Shown here: piece after piece, positions 1-7,781 of the stretch
How the letters are laid out: each line of letters starts with the position of its first letter
Numbering within the stretch: the stretch's first letter is position 1
Virus record (IMG/VR): IMGVR_UViG_3300034279_001376
Span: 108,776 to 131,429 of that record
Source: a virus
Lineage: Duplodnaviria > Heunggongvirae > Uroviricota > Caudoviricetes
Strand: one strand, 5' to 3'
DNA length: 22,654 bases
Position numbers and translations under genes: made by a program
Notes under the pieces: generated by a model
Database searches by the model: none
Told to the model about the DNA's origin: nothing
What the model saw: only the letters and a program-made list of their open reading frames with translations

Positions 1-963
1 GTGTATAATAATTCAGTAGTATGGCCTTACCTAATGAATCAGTACGATGTAACAAGTTGGAAAAATTTCATAATGTTGGGCAAAAAAAGAAATTATGTTT
101 CTTTGTCTAATATTTTTGTGGGAAAACTTACAACTAAAATAACAGAGTATCTGGCAACAATAGGGGTTTATCCAACAAAAGGTGAACTTATACCTTGTAG
201 AATTTCAAATCCACAAGAAAGAGCAGAATGGGAAGAATGCCAAAATTATTATTTGAGCAAGTGTTACACATCTGCTATTTTAGAAACTCTTGAATATTTG
301 GAATGGGAAACACTCCGAGGAAAAAAAGTTAGAAACAGCACAGCGGGATTTGTCACTTATTTTAGGCAACCTTACTCTGGAGATTCTATTTACGTTAAAG
401 ACAAAATGGATTTTAGTGCAGTCTTAAAACACAAAGGTATAGTTGTAAACAACGTACCTGATAGGTGGATAAGTACTCTGACCAAGACTAAATTTCTTGT
501 AATTCAAACTAAATTAGAACACCCAAAAATTATAGACTTTGACATAAAAAGTATGAAAGGAAAAGAAAAATTAATCATAGGAGCACTCGTAAAACAACAT
601 GGATTAAAAAATTTATGGGAGGCTCCACGCATCACTATTTTAAGAGACACTGTCCCATTTCTTGCAGAAAAACTTATCCAAATAGAGCATTCTGGTTTTT
701 GTGACATACCTCATTATTTAGTGGCTGAGGTGTTAGAATTTAAGGGTGAATTGGTAACAGATTTGGACATTCAAGGAGTACTGGATGAGTTGCCACATCT
801 TTATTTCTTGGATTTTATTAACAACTACACAAAACCCTCAGAACAGACTAATAACGCATTTTTGAGGAGTTATATAGGGTCTAAATTATTGGCCAAAAAA
901 GAAGTAAACTGGAAAGACTTCTTACCAGTAGAAAAAGAGGTTGAAGTTACAGAAGTGGACTAG
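1..963 (+). CDS. rIIA: 5'-truncated large protein, probable C-terminal part of an rIIA-like protein
   Basis: ORF is open from the window edge and lies directly upstream of a clear rIIB homolog; rIIA-rIIB adjacency is conserved. No diagnostic motif is visible in this fragment, so the call rests on synteny. Confidence 0.55.
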   Translation: MYNNSVVWPYLMNQYDVTSWKNFIMLGKKRNYVSLSNIFVGKLTTKITEYLATIGVYPTKGELIPCRISNPQERAEWEECQNYYLSKCYTSAILETLEYLEWETLRGKKVRNSTAGFVTYFRQPYSGDSIYVKDKMDFSAVLKHKGIVVNNVPDRWISTLTKTKFLVIQTKLEHPKIIDFDIKSMKGKEKLIIGALVKQHGLKNLWEAPRITILRDTVPFLAEKLIQIEHSGFCDIPHYLVAEVLEFKGELVTDLDIQGVLDELPHLYFLDFINNYTKPSEQTNNAFLRSYIGSKLLAKKEVNWKDFLPVEKEVEVTEVD

Positions 964-1003
964 ATCAACAAACTGAATTACAATTATTACTAAACAAAGA
1001 TAT

Positions 1004-2068
1004 ATGAAAATCTTAATTATTCCGAGCAGCAACGGTAAAAATATTGCTGGTAAATTGTTAGATTTTGAATTTAACACTCTAATCACCCCTCAAATTAAGG
1101 AAAGACTCGAAACTTTTTCACTCGCTGATGTTGAAGAAACAGAAGAATGGAAAGAAAAATTAATTTGGGCACTCACAGATTATTACGACAAAGAAAAAGA
1201 ACACTTAGAGAGTGTAGAAAAATTAGAATCTATTCTTGATACAGATGGATTTTACGAAGAAAACGGTAGTGTGTACCATGAAAGTGGAAAAATTGCTATC
1301 CCTAAAAATATAGCCAGTTTGATTAAAGATGATACCACTGGAAGGTGGGAGAAATTTTGGGGGTTTTTATCCAACAATCCTGACCAATTGGTTAGGGAGA
1401 CTCTTTATAACTTCATCGAGGTAAACAGGCTCACAATTCTCGACAGTGGGCTAATACTAGCAGGTAGAAGAATTTTGAGCAGAGGAAACATTGAATTGAG
1501 CAAATGGGCCAATGAGATGTTTTTGACACGAAAAAAACAGAAAAAAGGCGTAAAAATCCCTGTGTATAATAACGAAGGAGTTTACAACTTAAAAGAAGGA
1601 AAACTTGTTGGAATATTGGATGAATTAATCCACAGTATTACTTACACAGATAACCACACTAAAACTTTGGACTACAAACTGGGTGTAGAAAACCGTATGG
1701 ACAGGTCTAAAGTAAATTCAAATCCCAATAGCAGTTGTGGAGCAGGGTTTCACAGTGCAGGACCTAAATTTTGCACAAGTGGGTTTGGAGACACTCCTTG
1801 TTTAATCACAATTAACCCTGCTGACGTATGTTGTGTGCCTTATTCCAATGACATTATGCGTAGTGCTGCATTTACTATTGTGGCAATTCTAACCAAGGAC
1901 TTGGAACACATTGATGACCTAGAAATCCATGCTATTTTAAAGCAAGAAACTACTGATGTCCAAAATGAAGTGGAAGATGTAAAAACAGATCTTTACGTGA
2001 CTCCTAAACCTACTCTTAATAATTACTCTCAAACCATCAAAAATATCTTAAATGCAAGCAGAGGCTAA
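1004..2068 (+). CDS. rIIB: rIIB-like protein
   Basis: rIIB-type motifs in order: FWGFLSNNP..RETLYNFIE, TILDSGLILA, YTDNH, MDRSKVNSNPNSSCGAGFH, INPADVCCVP..MRS. Confidence 0.85.
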   Translation: MKILIIPSSNGKNIAGKLLDFEFNTLITPQIKERLETFSLADVEETEEWKEKLIWALTDYYDKEKEHLESVEKLESILDTDGFYEENGSVYHESGKIAIPKNIASLIKDDTTGRWEKFWGFLSNNPDQLVRETLYNFIEVNRLTILDSGLILAGRRILSRGNIELSKWANEMFLTRKKQKKGVKIPVYNNEGVYNLKEGKLVGILDELIHSITYTDNHTKTLDYKLGVENRMDRSKVNSNPNSSCGAGFHSAGPKFCTSGFGDTPCLITINPADVCCVPYSNDIMRSAAFTIVAILTKDLEHIDDLEIHAILKQETTDVQNEVEDVKTDLYVTPKPTLNNYSQTIKNILNASRG

Positions 2069-2633
2069 GATTATTAAACTAAACACTCAAAAAGTATTTG
2101 AAAGTTTAACCAATGAAGAGTTTTATTCTGGTAGAGATTGGTATGGAGATGTACACATAAAATGCAAAAAACTGGCACAAGAAAATAATGTTTGTGTAGA
2201 AAAAGTAGTAGGGATATTTTCAGCATTTTCCCCCATTAAATCTGTTGAGCAGTGCTGGCTAATCACAGAGGATTTTCTCAAAGGAAAAGAGGTGTTTACT
2301 GTTGGTGCTCAGATCAAAAAAGCCAAGTCTATACTTGATCTTGCTGACAATAATTTGCATGAAATCAAACCAATTTTAGCAGGTTTAAAGACTCAAAGTT
2401 TTTATGATGCTATTTTTAGATCTTATGGTTACTCAAGCAATGACTTGATAACTATTGATTCACACATGTTTAAGTTGGCTCCATCTTACTGGAGGAATTT
2501 AACCCCCAATAGATACAAATTAATGAGTGATTCAATCAAATCAGTTAATTTTACAAGGGATTTAAAGCCTCACCAGTTTCAAGCAGTTCTATGGACAAAA
2601 TTAAAGCAAGTAAGTTCGATAAGAGAGATTTAG
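2052..2633 (+). CDS. Conserved phage protein, probable HhH-GPD glycosylase-like fold (DUF7178-like)
   Basis: Motif series GRDWY, SAFSP, GLKTQSFY, ITIDSHM, RY, QFQAVLW matches a widespread phage family recalled as glycosylase-like. Confidence 0.55.
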   Translation: MQAEAKIIKLNTQKVFESLTNEEFYSGRDWYGDVHIKCKKLAQENNVCVEKVVGIFSAFSPIKSVEQCWLITEDFLKGKEVFTVGAQIKKAKSILDLADNNLHEIKPILAGLKTQSFYDAIFRSYGYSSNDLITIDSHMFKLAPSYWRNLTPNRYKLMSDSIKSVNFTRDLKPHQFQAVLWTKLKQVSSIREI

Positions 2634-2827
2634 TTATCTACAAAAGAGAAATGTGCATTGTAATTAATTCTTGGGTAGATGCTGGGGAGGCAGTGGAGGA
2701 GACAGACATGATGGTGGCTCATTCAGGAGGTATTATTTACCTTATTCGAGACACAAACAATGAAGACCACCTTGTAGAAGAGTGTGAGATTATGAAATAT
2801 TTTCCCATCTTATTAAATCTTAATTAA
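2591..2827 (+). CDS. Hypothetical protein
   Basis: 78-aa ORF in the + strand cluster; stop overlaps the next start (TAATG). Confidence 0.6.
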   Translation: MDKIKASKFDKRDLVIYKREMCIVINSWVDAGEAVEETDMMVAHSGGIIYLIRDTNNEDHLVEECEIMKYFPILLNLN

Positions 2828-3105
2828 TGACAAACTTACAAAAAGAAGCAATAGAGGCTGCTGAAAAATTGAATACTAAGTTAAGCAAAGACACTCATAA
2901 GTTTGTGGTTTTTATATCAAATCAGAGTGCTGGCATTGCCCTTAATATTCATTGGGAAGAATCTCAAATACAAATCTCAATGTATGATAGTACTTTTGAT
3001 GACAGAATTTTTTATCCAAAGTTAAATAGAGAAGAAAAACTCACGGCTTTATTAAAAAGAAAATTCCGTGAGATCAAAAAAGATTTAAACAAAATAAAAA
3101 TATGA
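2827..3105 (+). CDS. Hypothetical protein
   Basis: 92-aa ORF, coupled by overlaps at both ends. Confidence 0.65.
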   Translation: MTNLQKEAIEAAEKLNTKLSKDTHKFVVFISNQSAGIALNIHWEESQIQISMYDSTFDDRIFYPKLNREEKLTALLKRKFREIKKDLNKIKI

Positions 3106-3635
3106 ATTTTAACGAATTTCAAGAAAATTGTCTTGTAACTTTTAGCCCTGACTCAGATTTAAGAATAGAGCAATTGCACTGTATGGTAGGTGTGACTTCT
3201 GAGATGGAAGAATTATGGGCAGCCATAGAGAAAAATGACACAGTAAACATAGCAGAAGAAGTTTGTGACATTTTGTTTTATTTGGTAGTTTATTGTAAAA
3301 AACGCAACATTAGTCTTGATCTAGTAGAAATGGCTTACCAAGAAGTAGATACGGAGGAGATGTTTTCTTTTCACCAATTGAATCTTAATAATTCAGCATG
3401 GCAAGATGCTGCAAAAAAGATTATTTTTTACAACAGGGAAATCTCAGAAGCCTTTGCTTTAATATTACTATTTTCAGAGTTATTCAAATTGGCTGCTCTT
3501 AAAGAAATCAATATTTATGAAGCAATGGATCGTCTTATTAACAAGTTAAAAGCAAGATATGCAGGAAAGTTTGACCAAGCAAGAGCCAATAACAGGAACC
3601 TCGATATTGAGCGAGCAATTCTTGAGGGAGAATGA
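3102..3635 (+). CDS. mazG: MazG-like nucleoside triphosphate pyrophosphohydrolase
   Basis: MNFNEFQ start, GVTSEMEEL and EEVCDILFY (ExxE..EExxD acidic motif), and NKLKARY..F C-terminal motif typical of phage MazG. Confidence 0.85.
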   Translation: MNFNEFQENCLVTFSPDSDLRIEQLHCMVGVTSEMEELWAAIEKNDTVNIAEEVCDILFYLVVYCKKRNISLDLVEMAYQEVDTEEMFSFHQLNLNNSAWQDAAKKIIFYNREISEAFALILLFSELFKLAALKEINIYEAMDRLINKLKARYAGKFDQARANNRNLDIERAILEGE

Positions 3636-3933
3636 GGAAAAATGGTGTGCATTTTTCTGGATTAACCTTAATCTGACACCTGATGAACTGGCTTACATGG
3701 AGGAGTCTTGGAAAAAAATGACCATTTTAGACGGATTTTCAGCAGAAGATAGAATGTGTTGTTTTAAATTCCAAGTGCACAGGCCAAAATATAGCACCCA
3801 GTTGAATTACTGTAAAGAAATGAATCGTAAAACTGGTGTAAAAAGATTGAGAGATCTTGCGGAGGTATCCAGAAAATTCGGGTATTACTTAAACGTTAAT
3901 AAACTTTTTTTGACAAAAAATGGGGCTCACTAA
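3559..3933 (+). CDS. Hypothetical protein (start uncertain: TTG 3622, ATG 3697, or frameshifted ATG 3632)
   Basis: Fills the gap between mazG and the DUF5664-like gene; the listed start overlaps mazG by 77 nt. Confidence 0.5.
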   Translation: MQESLTKQEPITGTSILSEQFLRENEEKWCAFFWINLNLTPDELAYMEESWKKMTILDGFSAEDRMCCFKFQVHRPKYSTQLNYCKEMNRKTGVKRLRDLAEVSRKFGYYLNVNKLFLTKNGAH

Positions 3934-4318
3934 AAAATTGGCAGAAACACCTGCTTACAAAGATAAAGTAAACAAAGTATCATTCACAGAGTTGTCTCCT
4001 AAATTCCTAATAGGAATGGCAAACAGACTGAACGAAAATAAAAAAGAGTTTGGAGGAAAGTATGAGCCGTTTAATTGGAAAGGTTCCAACAACAAGGACA
4101 TTTTGGATGCTCTTGAGAGGCATGTAATAGACATTAAGTCAATTCTTCAAACCAAAAAGGCTGTCTTATCAGATGAGCCACTTCACTCACATCTTGCTGC
4201 TGCGGCAGTAAATATTATGTTCTTATATGAAAATAACAGACCGGGCAAACTTATTAACAATACCAGTCCCAAACGACGAAAGGGTGTACAGATCAGTACC
4301 CCTAAAGGAAATCTTTGA
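3920..4318 (+). CDS. dATP/dGTP diphosphohydrolase (DUF5664-like)
   Basis: Motifs KDK, KYEPFNWKG, DALERH, EPLHSHLAAAAVNIMFL match the family pattern KY..NW..G / A.RH / HL(A)HA..N..FL. Confidence 0.8.
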   Translation: MGLTKKLAETPAYKDKVNKVSFTELSPKFLIGMANRLNENKKEFGGKYEPFNWKGSNNKDILDALERHVIDIKSILQTKKAVLSDEPLHSHLAAAAVNIMFLYENNRPGKLINNTSPKRRKGVQISTPKGNL

Positions 4319-4934
4319 TACTCTTGATGAACTCACAGGAGAAGCAGGATGGACCCTCTCTAATGAATATCATCAAACTGCTAATAAAGATCAACAACAT
4401 CTTTTAAGGTTTGCTTATGACACCCATAACCCTCTTTTCAAATTCGAGATAGTCATTCTTAACTCTTACAACAAAACCATTGCGCTAAAAGTAGCAGCAG
4501 GAGTATCTGTGGCTGCTTGTTTTAACGGAATGATTTGTGGTGAGTTTGTGATTGACCGTAAACACACAGGAAGTGTAAAAGAAGACCTTAGTGCATTTTT
4601 TAAAGGTTTCATAGACAAAAAAGATGCTGCTGTTAGAGAGGCAGAGGAAATGTGGGAAGTGTTTAATGAAATGGAAATTAACAACCAATTCATTTATACT
4701 GTCCTTGGGGAGTTGTTTATGAAGGATTGTTTGAACACCCAGCAGTTGAACGCAGTTAAAAAAGAAATAGAATTAAACGTACAGTACGAAGGTTGCACAG
4801 ATAAATCTCTCAACTTATTGTACCAACATGTTACCTTTGCGCAGAAAAATACGCACCCACTTATATACGAGAGGGTGAGGCATACAACCACACTTATATT
4901 TAACACACATTATGAGGATTTTCAAAATTTTTAA
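4227..4934 (+). CDS. DUF932-family protein
   Basis: ILNSYNKTIALKVAAGVSVAACFNGMI..DRKHTG matches the DUF932 NS..G...C.NG...H pattern. Confidence 0.75.
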   Translation: MKITDRANLLTIPVPNDERVYRSVPLKEIFDTLDELTGEAGWTLSNEYHQTANKDQQHLLRFAYDTHNPLFKFEIVILNSYNKTIALKVAAGVSVAACFNGMICGEFVIDRKHTGSVKEDLSAFFKGFIDKKDAAVREAEEMWEVFNEMEINNQFIYTVLGELFMKDCLNTQQLNAVKKEIELNVQYEGCTDKSLNLLYQHVTFAQKNTHPLIYERVRHTTTLIFNTHYEDFQNF

Positions 4935-5001
4935 ACGTTATGGGCAGATTTGTCCTAAGTGCATGAAACCAGTTTTATCACCTTACTGTAAATGTAAATG
5001 A
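4912..5001 (+). CDS. 29-aa zinc-knuckle microprotein (MRIFKIFKRYGQICPKCMKPVLSPYCKCK)
   Basis: Read manually (below the ORF-track cutoff). It has a CPKC..SP.CxC motif, and its TGA overlaps the next ATG (ATGA 4998-5001). Confidence 0.7.
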   Translation: MRIFKIFKRYGQICPKCMKPVLSPYCKCK

Positions 5002-5360
5002 TAAAAGACAAAATAAAACAAGCCGAGTCTCTTCTCCAAGCAAATCCGGGTGTAAATGACCTAAATGTGACAGGGGAATGGCTTGCTGATTTTAGAATAG
5101 TCTGTTTTGATCTGGCTAAATTGTACGGGCAACTCAAAGTAAATTTTTCCAAGCACGAAATTGATATAATTAAAAGTCCTGAATATGCTAAATTGAAACT
5201 TACTTATAAAACAGTAGGGCAATGGCAAGCATATTTGGAATCAACTTTTGAGCCTATGGAAGATTTGCACACACTTAAACTCTTGTTAGAAAAGTATTTT
5301 CCGCAGGTATCCTCGGAATATATGACTCTAATGAGTGCTTCAAAACGTCAACAACAATAA
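4998..5360 (+). CDS. Hypothetical helical protein
   Basis: 120-aa ORF followed immediately by a GC-rich hairpin. Confidence 0.7.
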   Translation: MIKDKIKQAESLLQANPGVNDLNVTGEWLADFRIVCFDLAKLYGQLKVNFSKHEIDIIKSPEYAKLKLTYKTVGQWQAYLESTFEPMEDLHTLKLLLEKYFPQVSSEYMTLMSASKRQQQ

Positions 5361-5361
5361 A

Positions 5362-5387
5362 AGTAGCCCTGCTTCGGTGGGGCTACT
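5362..5387 (+). terminator. cUUCGg-capped stem-loop (terminator or RNA stability/processing hairpin)
   Basis: AGTAGCCCTGC-TTCG-GTGGGGCTACT, an 11-bp stem with 2 G-U pairs. It has no good U-tract on +, but reads hairpin+TTTT on the - strand. Confidence 0.65.
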
Positions 5388-5396
5388 CATTAAATT

Positions 5397-5615
5397 ATGG
5401 AACCACAAATCTTAATTATAGTAAAAGATAATAAATACTTTGCTTCTTATGGAACTCAACAGATAGAAGTAGTTGTAGTTGATCTTGATTATGTGTCAGA
5501 AGAATCAATTCTGGAAAATGTAGTAACAGAAAATTGTAGCATACTTCCTAGTACTATGGAAGATGCTATTAATCTACTTTCAACAGGATCTGACATTAGC
5601 GAACTTAACAAATGA
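5397..5615 (+). CDS. Hypothetical protein
   Basis: 72-aa acidic ORF with ATGA overlap to the next gene. Confidence 0.65.
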   Translation: MEPQILIIVKDNKYFASYGTQQIEVVVVDLDYVSEESILENVVTENCSILPSTMEDAINLLSTGSDISELNK

Positions 5616-6232
5616 ACAAATTAAAACCTTGCACTATGTGCAAAAAAGATTCTGTTATATTCAAAAACAGAACAGTAGAAGGTGTCAGACTTTCTCTTTG
5701 TGTTACTTGTAACTCTAAAATAGAATCAACTATCAAGAGAGATAAAGTAGTCAAGGTTAAGGAGAAAAGAAAAGTAGCAAGAGACACCAAGAAATTGAGC
5801 CGTAAAAACATGCTCACATTGCTCCAGAAACTCGCTAGGGTGCTAGATGGAGATAAGTGCTGTACTTGTGACAAGGTGTTCACTGAGAGCAATATTGCAC
5901 ATGGAGGGCATGGTGTGAAAGCCCAGAAAAATATGTTTACTGCTTTTCTTCTCCAGAATATCCATGCTCAATGTGCTTCTTGTAACATTTTTTTGGATGG
6001 AAGCCAGTACAATTATGGAAATTTTGTCAATAAGACTTACGGGCATGGCACGTTTGAAAAAATTCAACACTTATCCAACAAAGTTCAGAAAATCCCCCTC
6101 ACTAAAATTCAAGAATTACGCACTAAAGCAGAAGAATACATTCTCCTAGGGGAAGGTAAAACTTTTGATGAAAAGTGGAAACTAAGGCTTGAATTTATCA
6201 AATGGCAAGAAAAAGAATGGGCTACCTTTTAA
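5612..6232 (+). CDS. ninG: NinG/Rap-like HNH recombination endonuclease with an extra N-terminal zinc finger
   Basis: DGDKCCTC..GGH..NIHAQCASCNIFLDG...Y is the NinG pattern; N-terminal CTMC..CVTC. Confidence 0.85.
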   Translation: MNKLKPCTMCKKDSVIFKNRTVEGVRLSLCVTCNSKIESTIKRDKVVKVKEKRKVARDTKKLSRKNMLTLLQKLARVLDGDKCCTCDKVFTESNIAHGGHGVKAQKNMFTAFLLQNIHAQCASCNIFLDGSQYNYGNFVNKTYGHGTFEKIQHLSNKVQKIPLTKIQELRTKAEEYILLGEGKTFDEKWKLRLEFIKWQEKEWATF

Positions 6233-6271
6233 TCCTATTTACTTTATCATTTTTAGCAGGATACACTTACA

Positions 6272-6460
6272 ATGAAAGAATACAACGTAATACTTAACAA
6301 CCAAGTAGGAATAGAAATCCTAGCAGAAAGAATAGAAATAGAAAACAATTTCATTATTCTTTGGACTGGAGATACAGTTGTAGGAGTCTTTCCTGCAAAC
6401 TCTGCTGTCTTTGAAAAACCCACCAAGAAATTACCAGAAGATGAAGCAGATTTAACTTAA
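6272..6460 (+). CDS. Hypothetical protein
   Basis: 62-aa ORF with an A-rich leader. Confidence 0.6.
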   Translation: MKEYNVILNNQVGIEILAERIEIENNFIILWTGDTVVGVFPANSAVFEKPTKKLPEDEADLT

Positions 6461-6480
6461 CTTAATTAATTTATTTAAAT

Positions 6481-6591
6481 ATGATTTTCAATAATTACGC
6501 TAAAGTAACGGATTATTGGAGTGAAAGTGAATTTCAACCCAAACCTTTAAAATTGAGCCTTTTTTGGAGAATAATTTATGGAATATGGTAA
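6481..6591 (+). CDS. 36-aa small ORF
   Basis: MIFNNYAKVTDYWSESEFQPKPLKLSLFWRIIYGIW, read manually; fills an otherwise unexplained gap. Confidence 0.4.
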   Translation: MIFNNYAKVTDYWSESEFQPKPLKLSLFWRIIYGIW

Positions 6592-6713
6592 AAAGGTTAT
6601 ACAGAATCAAAAAACAAACTTATGTAAATGGTATGCCAGTAGATGTTGATTATGATGTTTATGGGTTTTACATAGGCTGGGTATTAATTTTTAAATTTAA
6701 AAGAAAAGTATGA
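6585..6713 (+). CDS. 42-aa small ORF
   Basis: MVKRLYRIKKQTYVNGMPVDVDYDVYGFYIGWVLIFKFKRKV, read manually; TGA overlaps the ATG at 6710. Confidence 0.6.
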   Translation: MVKRLYRIKKQTYVNGMPVDVDYDVYGFYIGWVLIFKFKRKV

Positions 6714-7090
6714 CACACAAATTTGAAATTTACAACCATGCACAATATGAAAACAGGAGCAAAGTCCCACCAAAAATAAAAGAGAAATGGTTAGAGGCTC
6801 TCAGAAGCGGAAATTACAACCAAATTCAAGAACGTTTAAGTTCTCCAGAAGGTTATTGTTGTTTAGGTGTTTTGTGTGAAGTTTTAGAAATTCCTAAATC
6901 AGTAAGCCCAGTTATTCAATACGAAGGCTCTCAGTCCACTTTACCATATTCTGTAACTAAAAAAACAGATCTTACGAAATACGGGGACTTTAATGGTTTT
7001 ACTATTAACGAAAAATACACTTTAGCAGACCTGAATGATTCAGGAGCCTCGTTTGAACTCATTGCTCACATTATAGAAACTTATTTTTAA
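6710..7090 (+). CDS. Conserved phage hypothetical protein
   Basis: KWLEALRSGNYNQ..YCCLGVLC..LADLND.GASFELIA..IE is a recurrent phage family of unknown function. Confidence 0.75.
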   Translation: MTHKFEIYNHAQYENRSKVPPKIKEKWLEALRSGNYNQIQERLSSPEGYCCLGVLCEVLEIPKSVSPVIQYEGSQSTLPYSVTKKTDLTKYGDFNGFTINEKYTLADLNDSGASFELIAHIIETYF

Positions 7091-7091
7091 A

Positions 7092-7343
7092 ATGCACATA
7101 CAAGATTTACAGGTAGATTTAACCTTACACCCGGATGACTGGGATGGTTTTGAAGTTGTAGAAGACACCCTTTTAGATGGAGACTCAGAAAAAGGAAACA
7201 CTACAAACGAAATAGTAGTAAAAAGAATTTCAGACAACAAATTTTTCAAAGTAGAATACACTCAATACAGAGATGAAATTGAATACGAAGAAGATGTAAC
7301 AGAGGTGTTTCCAGTCACAAAAACAATAACAGTTTATGAGTAA
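7092..7343 (+). CDS. Hypothetical acidic protein
   Basis: 83 aa, ending EVFPVTKTITVYE as in other small phage proteins. Confidence 0.7.
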   Translation: MHIQDLQVDLTLHPDDWDGFEVVEDTLLDGDSEKGNTTNEIVVKRISDNKFFKVEYTQYRDEIEYEEDVTEVFPVTKTITVYE

Positions 7344-7632
7344 TATACCTAATGTAGAAGAGTTTTTAGAGAGAGAATATGTTCATATTGAGCATGAACC
7401 CGGAAGATTTATACATGAGTCGGATTTCAAAAAATCCATGTTAGAGTTTGCTGCATTACATGTTCAAGCAGCACTAAAAGCAGCAAGTGAAAAAGCATTT
7501 GCAAAAGGAGACACGTGCTCATTGACTACAAAAAACAATAATTTCTTTTGGACTTTTGGTGGTAGTATAGGTAGAGTTGTTATGGATACGGATTCTATTT
7601 TAAACGCATACCCTTTAACAAACATAAAATGA
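7336..7632 (+). CDS. Hypothetical protein
   Basis: EFAALHVQAALKAASE..SILNAYPLTNIK motif recalled from Bacteroidota phages. Confidence 0.7.
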   Translation: MSNIPNVEEFLEREYVHIEHEPGRFIHESDFKKSMLEFAALHVQAALKAASEKAFAKGDTCSLTTKNNNFFWTFGGSIGRVVMDTDSILNAYPLTNIK

Positions 7633-7781
7633 ATCAAAAAGAATTAACAGATTTTATGTTAAAAGCATCCGAAGAAGATGTGATAACTTACGCAAGGTTA
7701 GAAACTGAAAAGTTTAATTGTTTGAGTAAACTTCTATATTCAGAACAAATTCAAAACTTTATAACAAAATACGGATTATGA
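7629..7781 (+). CDS. 50-aa small ORF
   Basis: MNQKELTDFMLKASEEDVITYARLETEKFNCLSKLLYSEQIQNFITKYGL, read manually; ATGA overlaps at both ends. Confidence 0.7.
   Translation: MNQKELTDFMLKASEEDVITYARLETEKFNCLSKLLYSEQIQNFITKYGL

Noticed and set aside
3632-3645. Programmed -1 frameshift signal
   Set aside because: G-AAA-AAT is not a canonical X-XXY-YYZ slippery heptamer and no downstream stimulatory structure was seen.
6240-6260. Promoter upstream of 6272
   Set aside because: TATCATTTTTAGCA only loosely resembles TAnnTTTG and no -33 element was seen.
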